The translations under genes were made by a program, and so were the position numbers. Shown here in pieces: positions 19,390 to 31,124 of a DNA stretch of 64,000 nt. Location: assembly GCA_026387175.1 (NCBI GenBank), contig JAPLME010000008.1, forward strand, positions 149,883-213,882. The letters are read 5' to 3'. The first letter of the stretch is position 1. Each line of letters begins with the position of its first letter. A model generated the notes under the pieces. That model was not told where the DNA came from, did no database searches, and worked only from the letters and a program-made list of their open reading frames with translations. This DNA is from Candidatus Omnitrophota bacterium (GTDB lineage Bacteria > Omnitrophota > Gorgyraeia > 2-01-FULL-45-10).

Positions 19390-19422
19390 ATGCCCCGGGC
19401 AGATGATGCTCGGGGCATTTTT
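19390..19422 (+). terminator. Intrinsic terminator
   Basis: ATGCCCCGGGCA/TGCTCGGGGCAT stem followed by T-run. Confidence 0.85.
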
Positions 19423-19481
19423 GCTGCCCAAAATATCTTTGTATATAGTCCCTAATATGATATTATATTATACTAAATGAG

Positions 19482-19558
19482 CGGGGCGTAGCGCAGCTGG
19501 CTAGCGCGCTTGGTTCGGGACCAAGAGGTCGGCGGTTCAAATCCGCCCGCCCCGACCA
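19482..19558 (+). tRNA. tRNA-Pro (anticodon CGG)
   Basis: CGGGGCG acceptor, CTTGG-TTCGGGA-CCAAG anticodon arm, GGTTCAAATCC T-arm, encoded CCA. Confidence 0.97.
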
Positions 19559-19694
19559 TCCAGTCACATAAGAGATGCCATCGGAAACTATACATTTGCT
19601 GCCGGGCGGGCCTGCCCGCATGCGGCCATATCCTTGCTGGCAGGCGGGCTTACCCAGCGCCATAGCCGGTGCCTCCTGCCTATGGAAAAATTAA

Positions 19695-22572
<2,878 letters not shown>

Positions 22573-22581
22573 AGAACGGAT

Positions 22582-23202
22582 ATGAGCAGAAAATTTACAC
22601 TGAAGAGGTTCGTTGTCGGTTTACTCGGAACGAACTGTTATCTTGTCGCGGACGCCCTGACCAAAGAGGCGTGCCTGATCGATCCGGGCTCAGGACCGTA
22701 TCCGATAAAGAACTTCATAAGCAAAGAGGGCCTCGATTTGAAGTTCATAATAAATACGCACGGACATGGTGACCATATAGGCGCGAACGCATTTTTCGAT
22801 GTGCCGATATTCATACATAAACTCGATAAGGATTTTCTGACGAATCCCGGAATGAACATGTCGCGCATGTTTATGCCAGGCATAGTATCGCCCGGGGCCG
22901 AGAGATTGCTCGAGGAAGGGGATATTCTAAATCTCGGAGGGCTTGAATTGAAGATATTGCACACGCCCGGACACACTCCCGGATCGGTCTCGGTGGTCCT
23001 GGACGGAGTCGTCTTTACCGGAGACGCGCTCTTTGCCGGCTCGGTCGGCAGGACCGATTTCGAATACGGCGACCAGGACAGCCTCATCCGCTCTATAACG
23101 CAGAAGCTCTTTACGCTTAAAGACGATACTATCGTCTATCCGGGCCACGGCGGGCCTTCGACGATAGGTGAAGAGAAGAAGTCCAACCCATTTTTTTCAT
23201 GA
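22582..23202 (+). CDS. MBL-fold metallo-hydrolase (glyoxalase II-like)
   Basis: THGHGDH, HTPGHT, GDALF, PGHG. Confidence 0.9.
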   Translation: MSRKFTLKRFVVGLLGTNCYLVADALTKEACLIDPGSGPYPIKNFISKEGLDLKFIINTHGHGDHIGANAFFDVPIFIHKLDKDFLTNPGMNMSRMFMPGIVSPGAERLLEEGDILNLGGLELKILHTPGHTPGSVSVVLDGVVFTGDALFAGSVGRTDFEYGDQDSLIRSITQKLFTLKDDTIVYPGHGGPSTIGEEKKSNPFFS

Positions 23203-24089
23203 AGACATTAGTGGATGAATTTTTAAATTATCTTACGGTCGAAAGGGGCCTTAGCAAGAATACTATATCCGCTTACGGGACGGATCTCAATCATTTTACG
23301 GAGCATCTCGGGGCGCATGGTATCAGCGATCCCGATCATGTGAAGAGGCAGGATATCATGGATTATATGCTGAAGCTCAAAGACAACAAGATATCGAGCA
23401 ATTCCATATCCAGGGCGCTTGTGGCGATAAAGATGTTCTATAAATTCCTGGTGAGGGAACGATTGGCAAAAGACGATGTCGCCGGAGTCCTGGAATCGCC
23501 AAAACTTGTACGGCCCTTACCCAATGTCATGGGAATGCAGGAGGTTGAAAAACTGTTGGCCGCCCCCGACGTGCGGGGATGGATGGGTATAAGGGACAGG
23601 GCGGCGCTTGAACTCATGTACGCGACCGGGATGAGAGTTTCGGAGCTTGTCGATCTCACTATGGATGGCCTGAATTTAGACGTGGGATTTATAAAATGCC
23701 GGGGGAAAGGTGATAAGGAACGCATTGTGCCTATCGGCAAAAGCGCGAAGGAAGCGATCGAGAGGTATCTCGATAAAGTACGTCCGAAACTCCAGAAGAA
23801 GGACGCCCAGGACCAGCACCTCTTTTTGTCAAGGCTCGGCAAGAAGGTCTCGAGGGTATCGTTCTGGAAGATGATAAAAACAAATGTGAAGCTTGCCCGC
23901 ATAAAGAAAGATGTGACGCCGCATACTCTCAGGCACTCATTTGCTACGCACTTATTGGAGCGCGGGGCGGATCTGCGCGTCGTCCAGGAGATGCTTGGAC
24001 ATGCGGATATATCGACGACTCAGGTATATACGCATATAAATAAAGAGCGGCTGAAGTTAATACACAGGCAATTTCATCCGCGGGCGTAA
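23199..24089 (+). CDS. xerD: Site-specific tyrosine recombinase XerD
   Basis: YATGMRVSEL, GKGDKER, HTLRHSFATH, LGHADISTTQVY. Confidence 0.92.
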   Translation: MKTLVDEFLNYLTVERGLSKNTISAYGTDLNHFTEHLGAHGISDPDHVKRQDIMDYMLKLKDNKISSNSISRALVAIKMFYKFLVRERLAKDDVAGVLESPKLVRPLPNVMGMQEVEKLLAAPDVRGWMGIRDRAALELMYATGMRVSELVDLTMDGLNLDVGFIKCRGKGDKERIVPIGKSAKEAIERYLDKVRPKLQKKDAQDQHLFLSRLGKKVSRVSFWKMIKTNVKLARIKKDVTPHTLRHSFATHLLERGADLRVVQEMLGHADISTTQVYTHINKERLKLIHRQFHPRA

Positions 24090-24296
24090 ATTTTTCGGAT
24101 TCTATAGTTTGTCCCTTGCGTGTGGGTGCTTCGCGGGGACGCGAAATTTCCCCTGCGAGGAAATTTCGCTCGGAAAGATCGCTCGCTCTTTTTGGCAAGT
24201 AAGCGTACCAGGGCCAAAAATCCATGCCCGCTCGCGACTTTCGACGCCCCGCTCAACACCCACACGCAAGGGACTGCTGAGTAGTCCGAAAAATTT
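24088..24296. repeat. Nested palindromic element B2
   Basis: AAATTTTTCGGAT/GTCCGAAAAATTT arms; perfect stem 24111-24128/24257-24274; about 60 nt identical to the B1 core. Confidence 0.9.
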
Positions 24297-24339
24297 ACTG
24301 ACAGGGTGAGTAGAGAGTGAGATTGGGATGGTGAGCGGA

Positions 24340-24640
24340 GGCGAAAATATCGCATGATGGATGGCGCCCCAGGTGATATCCTCAGGCAGCGGAACTTCTG
24401 CGGGAAGCCTGGAGCGACTTTCGTAAAATCTTGATACCTATAGGCGATATACCAGGACAATGAAACTGCGCGACAGTTTTTTACGTATAGGCAGGTTCAT
24501 TGGCCATCAAGATTTTACAACAGCGAATTTACATGCCTAATGTAAATCTGCGACAAGCGGAAGGCTTACCGCAGAAGTTTCGATGCTGTAGGAGAAATGA
24601 AGGGGGCGAGCCCCTGAGGATATTTTCGCCGTAGTGAGGA
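24340..24640 (+). repeat. Nested palindromic element A4 with GTAGTGAGGA tail
   Basis: GGCGAAAATATC/GATATTTTCGCC arms; interior near-identical to A1. Confidence 0.9.
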
Positions 24641-24679
24641 TAGACGTAACTTCGGAAAAAGATAACAAGGAGGTGCGTG

Positions 24680-24877
24680 ATGTGGTATTTAATAGGCGTC
24701 ATAGCGATAGCCCTGGTTGGCTTCTTTTTGTATGCGAACGCGAAGAAGAATAAGCGGGATGCGGAAAAAGCCAAGGCGGGAGATAAGCCGCCTTTCCGTA
24801 CGGAGGAAAAGCTGAGCTCATACAACAAGCCGATGGATAATCAGCACTCGCATGTAGACTTTGATGACGCGGAGTAG
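24680..24877 (+). CDS. Small single-pass membrane protein
   Basis: AGGAGG RBS; N-terminal hydrophobic helix WYLIGVIAIALVGFFLYA followed by a basic patch. Confidence 0.7.
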   Translation: MWYLIGVIAIALVGFFLYANAKKNKRDAEKAKAGDKPPFRTEEKLSSYNKPMDNQHSHVDFDDAE

Positions 24878-24909
24878 GGACTTCACTATAACCTCACAGC
24901 CATAAGCAT

Positions 24910-27546
24910 ATGGATCTTATAACCACACACATCAATGCGGACTTTGACGCGCTGGGATCGCTCGTAGCGGCGAAGAAGCTCTATCCGAACTCGCGGTTGT
25001 TAATGCCCGGCTCTCAGGAAGAGGCTGTGCGGGAGTTTCTGGCGCTGGCCAAGGAGCAGGTGATCGTAGAGACTGAAAAGGAGTGCAGGACCGATGATAT
25101 CGACAGGCTCATAATTGTAGACACCAGGCAAAGGTCGAGGATCGGCATGGCGTCAGAGCTTGTAGATAAAGGCGTTGAAGTTCATGCCTATGATCACCAC
25201 CCAAGAATGAAGGGCGATGTCGCCTGCGATCTGGATGTCTATGAAGAGGTTGGCGCGACGGTCACGATACTTGCCGATATCATACGAAAGAAGAGAATAA
25301 AACTGTCGTATTTAGAAGCGACGATAATGCTGCTCGGCATATACGAAGAGACCGGGTCGCTGACATACCGCGCTACAACCAAGCTCGACGTCGATATGGT
25401 GAGCTTTCTCCTGTCGCACGGCGCGAGCCTCGCCGTCGTATCGAGTTATCTGAACAGGGAGCTGAGCGAAGGAGAACTTTCGTTCCTTACGCGGCTTATA
25501 AATTCCACCGAACGTTTCATTGTAAAGGGGATCAGCATTTCATTCGTTGAAGTGGATAGCGCGACATATGTGGGCGAGCTGGGCGTGCTTCTCCATAAGC
25601 TCATCGAGATCGAGAATATACCGGTGCTGTTCGCGTTTATCAGGACGCCTCAAAAGAGAATAGATATCATCGCGCGTTCAAGTATAGCGTTAGTCGATGT
25701 GAATAAAGTGCTTTCGCGTCTTGGAGGGGGAGGACACCCCGGAGCCGCTGTAGCAAAGATACATAAGGATGATCTGCCCTGGGTCAAGAAGCGGCTGATG
25801 GAAGCATTGAAAGATACTATTAAGATTACAGTTAATGCGGAAGACATAATGGCAAGGGGCCTTAAGACCGTTTCGGCTAATGATACGGTGATGAGGGTTA
25901 AGAAGATATTATTGAAAGAAAATCTGGGCGGCATGGCGGTCGTTGATAAAGGCAAACTCGCCGGGATAATTACGCTCGTCGGGCTCAACAAGGCGCTGAA
26001 GCACGGATACGGACATTCGCGTATCAAAGGGTATATGTCATACAGGCCCGTTACCGTTAGGCCTGAAACGCCGCTTTACGCTATCCATAAAATAATTTCA
26101 GAGAAAGATTCCGGCGTTATCCCTGTGGTCGATAAAGGCGCGATGATAGGCGTGATTAACAGGACGGACGTTTTAAGGAGCGTGCATGACAGCCTCTTCT
26201 TGAAGCCCAGGGAACTGAAAAAGCGTGTTGTGTTAAACTTCGCCAAAAAGATGTCATCAGTGCTGCCGAAGGAGATAATCGCCCTGATGAAGAGGATAGG
26301 TGAGCTCTCCAACTCGGCTGGCTTCGCGGCATTTGCCGTGGGAGGGCTTGTAAGGGACCTGATGCTGGGCATCAAGAACCTGGATCTGGATATAGTGGTG
26401 GAGGGCGCGGCGATAAAGCTTGGGCATCTGCTCGCAACGGAGCTGAAGGCGGCAATAGTGGTGCATAAGAAATTCGGAACATGTTCGATAATAACGAAAG
26501 ATAAATTTAAGATAGACCTTGCGACGGCCCGTAAGGAAACTTATGAGAAGCCGGCAGCGTTGCCAACGGTAGAATTCAGTCCGCTTAAAGACGATCTCGT
26601 CAGACGGGATTTTACGATAAACGCGATGGCTATAAGCATAAACCGTTCGAGTTTCGGGCAGCTTATCGATTTCTTTAACGGTAAGCCCGACCTGGCGCAT
26701 GGAAGGATAAAGGTCCTGCATGACGGCTCGTTTATAGACGATCCGACCAGGATATTTCGCGCAGTGCGTTTCGAATCGCGGTTCGGGCTCGTCATCGATC
26801 ATCACACGGAAGAGCTCATAAAGAACGCGATAGAACAGTCTATGTTCGATAAGGTCGAGCCGCAGAGGATACGCGACGAGCTCATCCTGATACTTCAGGA
26901 GCCGGAGCCCTTAAAGGCGCTTAAGAGAATGGCCGAACTCGAGGAGCTCAGGTTTATCCACCCCGCCATTAAACTCGATAGCGATATGATAAGACTGTAT
27001 AATTCGATCGACGGAGTTTGTTCCATATATGAACGTTCTCAATATAAGAAGCGGGCCATCGACAAATGGCTTATGTATCTTATGGCGCTGTTTGAATACT
27101 TGACTTATAGCCAGGTTTCGGCTATATGTAGTAAGTTCGTCTTCAGGGGCTCCGACAGCCTCAGATTGCTTTCATATAAGAGTAAAGCTGACGCCGTAAC
27201 AAAGCTATTGAGTTCCAGAAAAGATCTCGCTCCCAGTAAGATATATAAACTACTTGAGCCCCTCTCGCTTGAGGTTATATTGCTTATCATGGCCAGGACA
27301 GCCTTGCTGGGTTCAGGAGTGAAGGCCGCGCGTATAAGTTCGCGGATAAAGGTCTTCCTTGCGAAATATAATGGAACGAGATTGCGTATCCGGGGCGACG
27401 ATCTTAAAGCTATGGGTCTCAAGAGCGGCCCGGCTTTTAAGGTGATACTTGACAAAGTCCTTTATCATAAGATAGACGGAACACTGAAGACAAAAAGAGA
27501 CGAATTAGAATACGCGCGCATTTTAACGCTCAAGAAGAACGGATAG
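24910..27546 (+). CDS. DHH/DHHA1-CBS-tRNA nucleotidyltransferase (A-adding or CCA-adding type)
   Basis: HINADFDA and YDHH (DHH), GGGGH, CBS pair, GGLVRD..DLDIVV, RRDFTINAMA, DDPTRIFRA. Confidence 0.9.
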   Translation: MDLITTHINADFDALGSLVAAKKLYPNSRLLMPGSQEEAVREFLALAKEQVIVETEKECRTDDIDRLIIVDTRQRSRIGMASELVDKGVEVHAYDHHPRMKGDVACDLDVYEEVGATVTILADIIRKKRIKLSYLEATIMLLGIYEETGSLTYRATTKLDVDMVSFLLSHGASLAVVSSYLNRELSEGELSFLTRLINSTERFIVKGISISFVEVDSATYVGELGVLLHKLIEIENIPVLFAFIRTPQKRIDIIARSSIALVDVNKVLSRLGGGGHPGAAVAKIHKDDLPWVKKRLMEALKDTIKITVNAEDIMARGLKTVSANDTVMRVKKILLKENLGGMAVVDKGKLAGIITLVGLNKALKHGYGHSRIKGYMSYRPVTVRPETPLYAIHKIISEKDSGVIPVVDKGAMIGVINRTDVLRSVHDSLFLKPRELKKRVVLNFAKKMSSVLPKEIIALMKRIGELSNSAGFAAFAVGGLVRDLMLGIKNLDLDIVVEGAAIKLGHLLATELKAAIVVHKKFGTCSIITKDKFKIDLATARKETYEKPAALPTVEFSPLKDDLVRRDFTINAMAISINRSSFGQLIDFFNGKPDLAHGRIKVLHDGSFIDDPTRIFRAVRFESRFGLVIDHHTEELIKNAIEQSMFDKVEPQRIRDELILILQEPEPLKALKRMAELEELRFIHPAIKLDSDMIRLYNSIDGVCSIYERSQYKKRAIDKWLMYLMALFEYLTYSQVSAICSKFVFRGSDSLRLLSYKSKADAVTKLLSSRKDLAPSKIYKLLEPLSLEVILLIMARTALLGSGVKAARISSRIKVFLAKYNGTRLRIRGDDLKAMGLKSGPAFKVILDKVLYHKIDGTLKTKRDELEYARILTLKKNG

Positions 27547-27561
27547 GAAGCGGAGATACGG

Positions 27562-27948
27562 ATGAGTTCGCAAAGGATGGGAAGAGTGCAGGAGGCTATA
27601 CGGCAGGAGGTCAGCAAAATCCTGCATGATGAGATAAGGGACCCGAGGCTTGGGTTCTTGACGATAACTGGAGTCGAGCTCACGAAGGATCTCAGGTATG
27701 CGCGTATATATTTCAGCGTCCTGGGTGAGGATAAGGACAAGAAGCTCGCCCTTAAAGGCCTGAATAGCGCTAAGGGGTATATTAAGGGGCTGCTCGGCGA
27801 CAGGGTGAAGTTGAGATATATGCCTGAAATAGAATTTAAGATAGACGAGACGCTCGAGAGAACGCAGCGCATATATGAACTCTTCGATAAGATAAAGAAG
27901 GAGAAAAAAGATGATGCAGGAAGTGATAGAGGCGATAAAGAAACATAA
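27562..27948 (+). CDS. rbfA: Ribosome-binding factor A
   Basis: IRDPRL, VELTKDLRYA, LRYMPEIEF..D. Confidence 0.95.
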   Translation: MSSQRMGRVQEAIRQEVSKILHDEIRDPRLGFLTITGVELTKDLRYARIYFSVLGEDKDKKLALKGLNSAKGYIKGLLGDRVKLRYMPEIEFKIDETLERTQRIYELFDKIKKEKKDDAGSDRGDKET

Positions 27949-28879
27949 GAAATTTCTCATCAGCGCCCATATAAACCCGGAAGGCGATTCCCTCTGCAGT
28001 CAGCTCGCTATGAAGGAGCTCCTGATAGCCATAGGCAAGGAAGCCGCGATAGTTAATAATGATCCTGTGCCGGAGCACTACAAATTTCTGCCGGGAATAG
28101 ACAAACTTTCGACGGATTTGACTAAAAAGGTGGATTTCGACGCGGTCCTGATCCTGGATTGTCCGACCCTGAAAAGGGTGGGCAGCGTAGCCGGCATTAT
28201 AGGTAAGGGCAAAACCATAATAAACATAGATCATCATATTTCGAGTGAGAGATTCGGCGATGTAAACTGGGTCGATGCCAATGCCAGCTCCACGGGTGAG
28301 ATGGTATATAAGCTCTTTAAAGAGATGAGCGTGCCTCTAACTAAAGGTATCGCGCTCTCGATATATATAGCTATTCTGACGGATACAGGTTCATTTAACT
28401 ACGATAACACATCCGCCATAACACATGAGATAGCGGGCGATCTTTTAGGATATGGCCTTGAGCCCGGGTCAGTTTCTGAAAGCGTCTATGAGCGCAGGAC
28501 CCTGACCGATATAAAACTCCTCGGCCTTGTTCTGTCGACTCTGAAGGTCAATGAAACCGGTGAGGTAGCGTACCTCGAGATAACGCGAAAGATGGTTTCT
28601 GAAACGGGCGCCGATGTAACCAAGAGCGAAGGGTTTATCAACTATGCCCGTTCCATAGAGGGCATTAAAGTGGCGGTGCTATTTAAAGAGGACTTAAAGG
28701 ATAAGAATAAGATAAATATCAGCTTTCGCTCCAAAGGAAGGGCCGATGTCAACAGGATCGCGTCATCTTTCGGCGGCGGAGGACATGTGAAAGCTTCCGG
28801 TTGTATCCTCGAAGGCACCCTCGCCGATATCGAAGCCAAAGTCATCGCTAAGGTCGAAGAATCGCTAAAGCGCAGATAA
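27911..28879 (+). CDS. nrnA: DHH-family oligoribonuclease/PAP phosphatase
   Basis: HINPEGDS, NIDHH, TDTGSF, GGGGH; typical position after rbfA. Confidence 0.88.
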   Translation: MMQEVIEAIKKHKKFLISAHINPEGDSLCSQLAMKELLIAIGKEAAIVNNDPVPEHYKFLPGIDKLSTDLTKKVDFDAVLILDCPTLKRVGSVAGIIGKGKTIINIDHHISSERFGDVNWVDANASSTGEMVYKLFKEMSVPLTKGIALSIYIAILTDTGSFNYDNTSAITHEIAGDLLGYGLEPGSVSESVYERRTLTDIKLLGLVLSTLKVNETGEVAYLEITRKMVSETGADVTKSEGFINYARSIEGIKVAVLFKEDLKDKNKINISFRSKGRADVNRIASSFGGGGHVKASGCILEGTLADIEAKVIAKVEESLKRR

Positions 28880-28889
28880 ATTTTTTAAT

Positions 28890-29576
28890 ATGGAGAATAT
28901 AGACGGGATATTGATTGTAGACAAGCCGCAGGGCATGACGAGCCATGACGTTGTCGATGTCGTCCGCAGGCTCTATGGAACGAGGAAGGTGGGGCATGCG
29001 GGTACGCTCGACCCTATGGCGACCGGTGTCCTGATAATGCTTATTGGCAAGGCCACCAAAGTCTCGCAGGATCTCAGCGCCGAAGAGAAAGAGTATGATG
29101 CGACGCTTGTCTTAGGCGCGCGATCCGCTACGGGAGACGCCTGGGGTAAACTGGACCGTTCCGAAGGGCCGGTCGATTTTACCGATGACGAGATCAGGGC
29201 TGTCTTCAAACAATTTGAAGGTGAAATCGAGCAGACCCCTCCGGCCTATTCCGCAAAAAAGATCAACGGCGTAAAGATGTATCATCTCGCGCGGAAAGGC
29301 AAAAGTATTGAGGCCAGGCCGCAGAAGATATCGATAAAAAAGATATCCATATCGAAGATCGCTCTCCCCGAAGTCTCATTTGAACTCACCTGTTCAAAGG
29401 GTACTTATGTAAGGCAGCTCTGTATTGATATAGGAGAGCTTTTAGGCTGCGGCGGATATCTCTCGGCCCTGGAGCGCAGGCGCTCCGGGCGATTTACGAT
29501 GAGCCAGGCGAATTCGCTGGAAGAACTGAAGAAGATGAACCCCGCGCAGTTGGCGGAGAGGGTGCTGCCCGTATGA
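28890..29576 (+). CDS. truB: tRNA pseudouridine(55) synthase
   Basis: DKPQGMTSHD, GHAGTLDP, CSKGTYVR. Confidence 0.96.
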   Translation: MENIDGILIVDKPQGMTSHDVVDVVRRLYGTRKVGHAGTLDPMATGVLIMLIGKATKVSQDLSAEEKEYDATLVLGARSATGDAWGKLDRSEGPVDFTDDEIRAVFKQFEGEIEQTPPAYSAKKINGVKMYHLARKGKSIEARPQKISIKKISISKIALPEVSFELTCSKGTYVRQLCIDIGELLGCGGYLSALERRRSGRFTMSQANSLEELKKMNPAQLAERVLPV

Positions 29577-30526
29577 GAGTGATTTACGGTTTACGCGGCT
29601 TCAAAAAATTCGCTAAAGCAGCGGTGCTTGCCATAGGCGTCTTCGATGGCCTCCATATAGGCCATATAAAGATAATAAAGAAAGCCGTGCGCGACGCGAA
29701 GAGGCTTAAGATAAAAAGCGTGGTCCTGACATTCGATCCGCACCCTATAAAAATCCTGTGCCCGAAAAACTCGGGGGTTCCCAGCCTCATTTCGGTGAAT
29801 CATAGAATAAAGCTTATAGAAAAACTCGGCGTGGATATTCTGGTGGTCATGAACTTCAACCGCGCGCTGGCAGTCCTCGCGCCTGGAGATTTTGTAAAAA
29901 AATTGCTGGTAAGAAAGCTTGGCGTAAGGGAAGTATGCGTCGGGGAAAATTTTTACTTTGGCAAAGGGGGCGCTGCCGGCGTTAAGGACCTGGATAAGCT
30001 CGGCAGATCATTCGGTTTCAAGGTCAGCGTTGTAAAGCCGGTAAGAATAGGCCGCGCTATCGTGAGCTCAAGCCTTATAAGAAAGTTGATAACTTCGGGC
30101 GAGCTTCGCAAGGCATCAAAATTATTAGGCAGGAGAGTCTCCGCGCTGGGCACGGTCATCAGCGGCGCGCGCCTTGCCAGAGAGCTGGGATATCCTACAG
30201 CTAATCTTAATCCGCATCACGAGGTCATTCCGCCTGGAGGCGTTTATGCCGTATTTGTGAGATTTAAAGGGAAGACGTATAAAGGCGTGCTCAATATCGG
30301 CCTTAGACCCACATTCTATTCACCAAGAGACCGGGAGAGCGCGGTAGAGGTTCATATATTTGATTTTAAGGAGAAGATCTACGGGCATGACCTGGAGGTG
30401 TTCTTTGTCAAAAAATTAAGAGATGAGGTGGCTTTTGCCGGTAAGAATGGGCTGGTGAAACAGATTAAAAAGGATGAAAAGGCGGCAAGAAACGCATTGA
30501 AAAGGGCAAGTATAGATTGTTCTTGA
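29573..30526 (+). CDS. ribF: Riboflavin kinase / FAD synthetase
   Basis: GVFDGLHIGH, VSSSLIR, GYPTAN, EVHIFDF. Confidence 0.95.
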   Translation: MRVIYGLRGFKKFAKAAVLAIGVFDGLHIGHIKIIKKAVRDAKRLKIKSVVLTFDPHPIKILCPKNSGVPSLISVNHRIKLIEKLGVDILVVMNFNRALAVLAPGDFVKKLLVRKLGVREVCVGENFYFGKGGAAGVKDLDKLGRSFGFKVSVVKPVRIGRAIVSSSLIRKLITSGELRKASKLLGRRVSALGTVISGARLARELGYPTANLNPHHEVIPPGGVYAVFVRFKGKTYKGVLNIGLRPTFYSPRDRESAVEVHIFDFKEKIYGHDLEVFFVKKLRDEVAFAGKNGLVKQIKKDEKAARNALKRASIDCS

Positions 30527-30607
30527 CATTATTACCATAATATAGTATAAATACTTAAACTTTCGTAAGGGAGAGAGTGGGTTTAATACATAAACCCACT
30601 TTTTTTT
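30523..30607 (+). promoter_or_regulatory. Promoter and rimP-leader hairpin/attenuator
   Basis: TTGACA at 30523; AGAGTGGGTTTA-ATACA-TAAACCCACT followed by a T-run, matching the widespread rimP leader GAGTGGG/CCCACT. Confidence 0.75.
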
Positions 30608-30645
30608 CATCATACGTTTTGCCGATAAAATGCTTAATAGAGGCT

Positions 30646-31110
30646 ATGATGGACTCGACAAACATAATTGAGCGGACAAAAGAACTGATTGGGCCGTATT
30701 TAAAGGAAAACGGCATCGAACCGGTCGATATAACATACAGGCGCGAGTCAGGCGGCATGATCCTGAGGCTTTTGGTGGATACGCCTGAGGGCATACGCAT
30801 AGATGAATGCGAGGCCGTGAATAACGCCTTGAGCGAACTGCTCGATAAAGAAGATTTTATCGGTGAACATTATGTCATAGAGGTATCCTCACCCGGCCTC
30901 GATAGACCTATCAAGACCAATAGGGATTTTGAGCGTTCGATGGGCAAGGAGTTAGAAGTGGCAACATTTTATCCTATAGACGGGCGCAAACTGCATATAG
31001 GTTGTCTGGCTGGTATGAATCAGGGAGAGATTGTTTTGGAGGCTAATGGTATCAGCACTATGATACCGCGTGACAAGATAGCTATAGCTAAGCTGCATAT
31101 AGAATTCTAA
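30646..31110 (+). CDS. rimP: Ribosome maturation factor RimP
   Basis: IDECE, YVIEVSSPGLDRP; start placed after GAGG, downstream of the leader hairpin. Confidence 0.93.
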   Translation: MMDSTNIIERTKELIGPYLKENGIEPVDITYRRESGGMILRLLVDTPEGIRIDECEAVNNALSELLDKEDFIGEHYVIEVSSPGLDRPIKTNRDFERSMGKELEVATFYPIDGRKLHIGCLAGMNQGEIVLEANGISTMIPRDKIAIAKLHIEF

Positions 31111-31124
31111 ATGGGGTGAATGAA

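Noticed and set aside
23199-24089. Tyrosine recombinase next to B2 as the element's mobiliser
   Set aside because: It looks like housekeeping XerD in an operon with ligA, and the other copies have no recombinase neighbour.
30577-30645. N-terminal extension of RimP
   Set aside because: It overlaps the leader hairpin and T-run; a better start with an RBS is at 30646.
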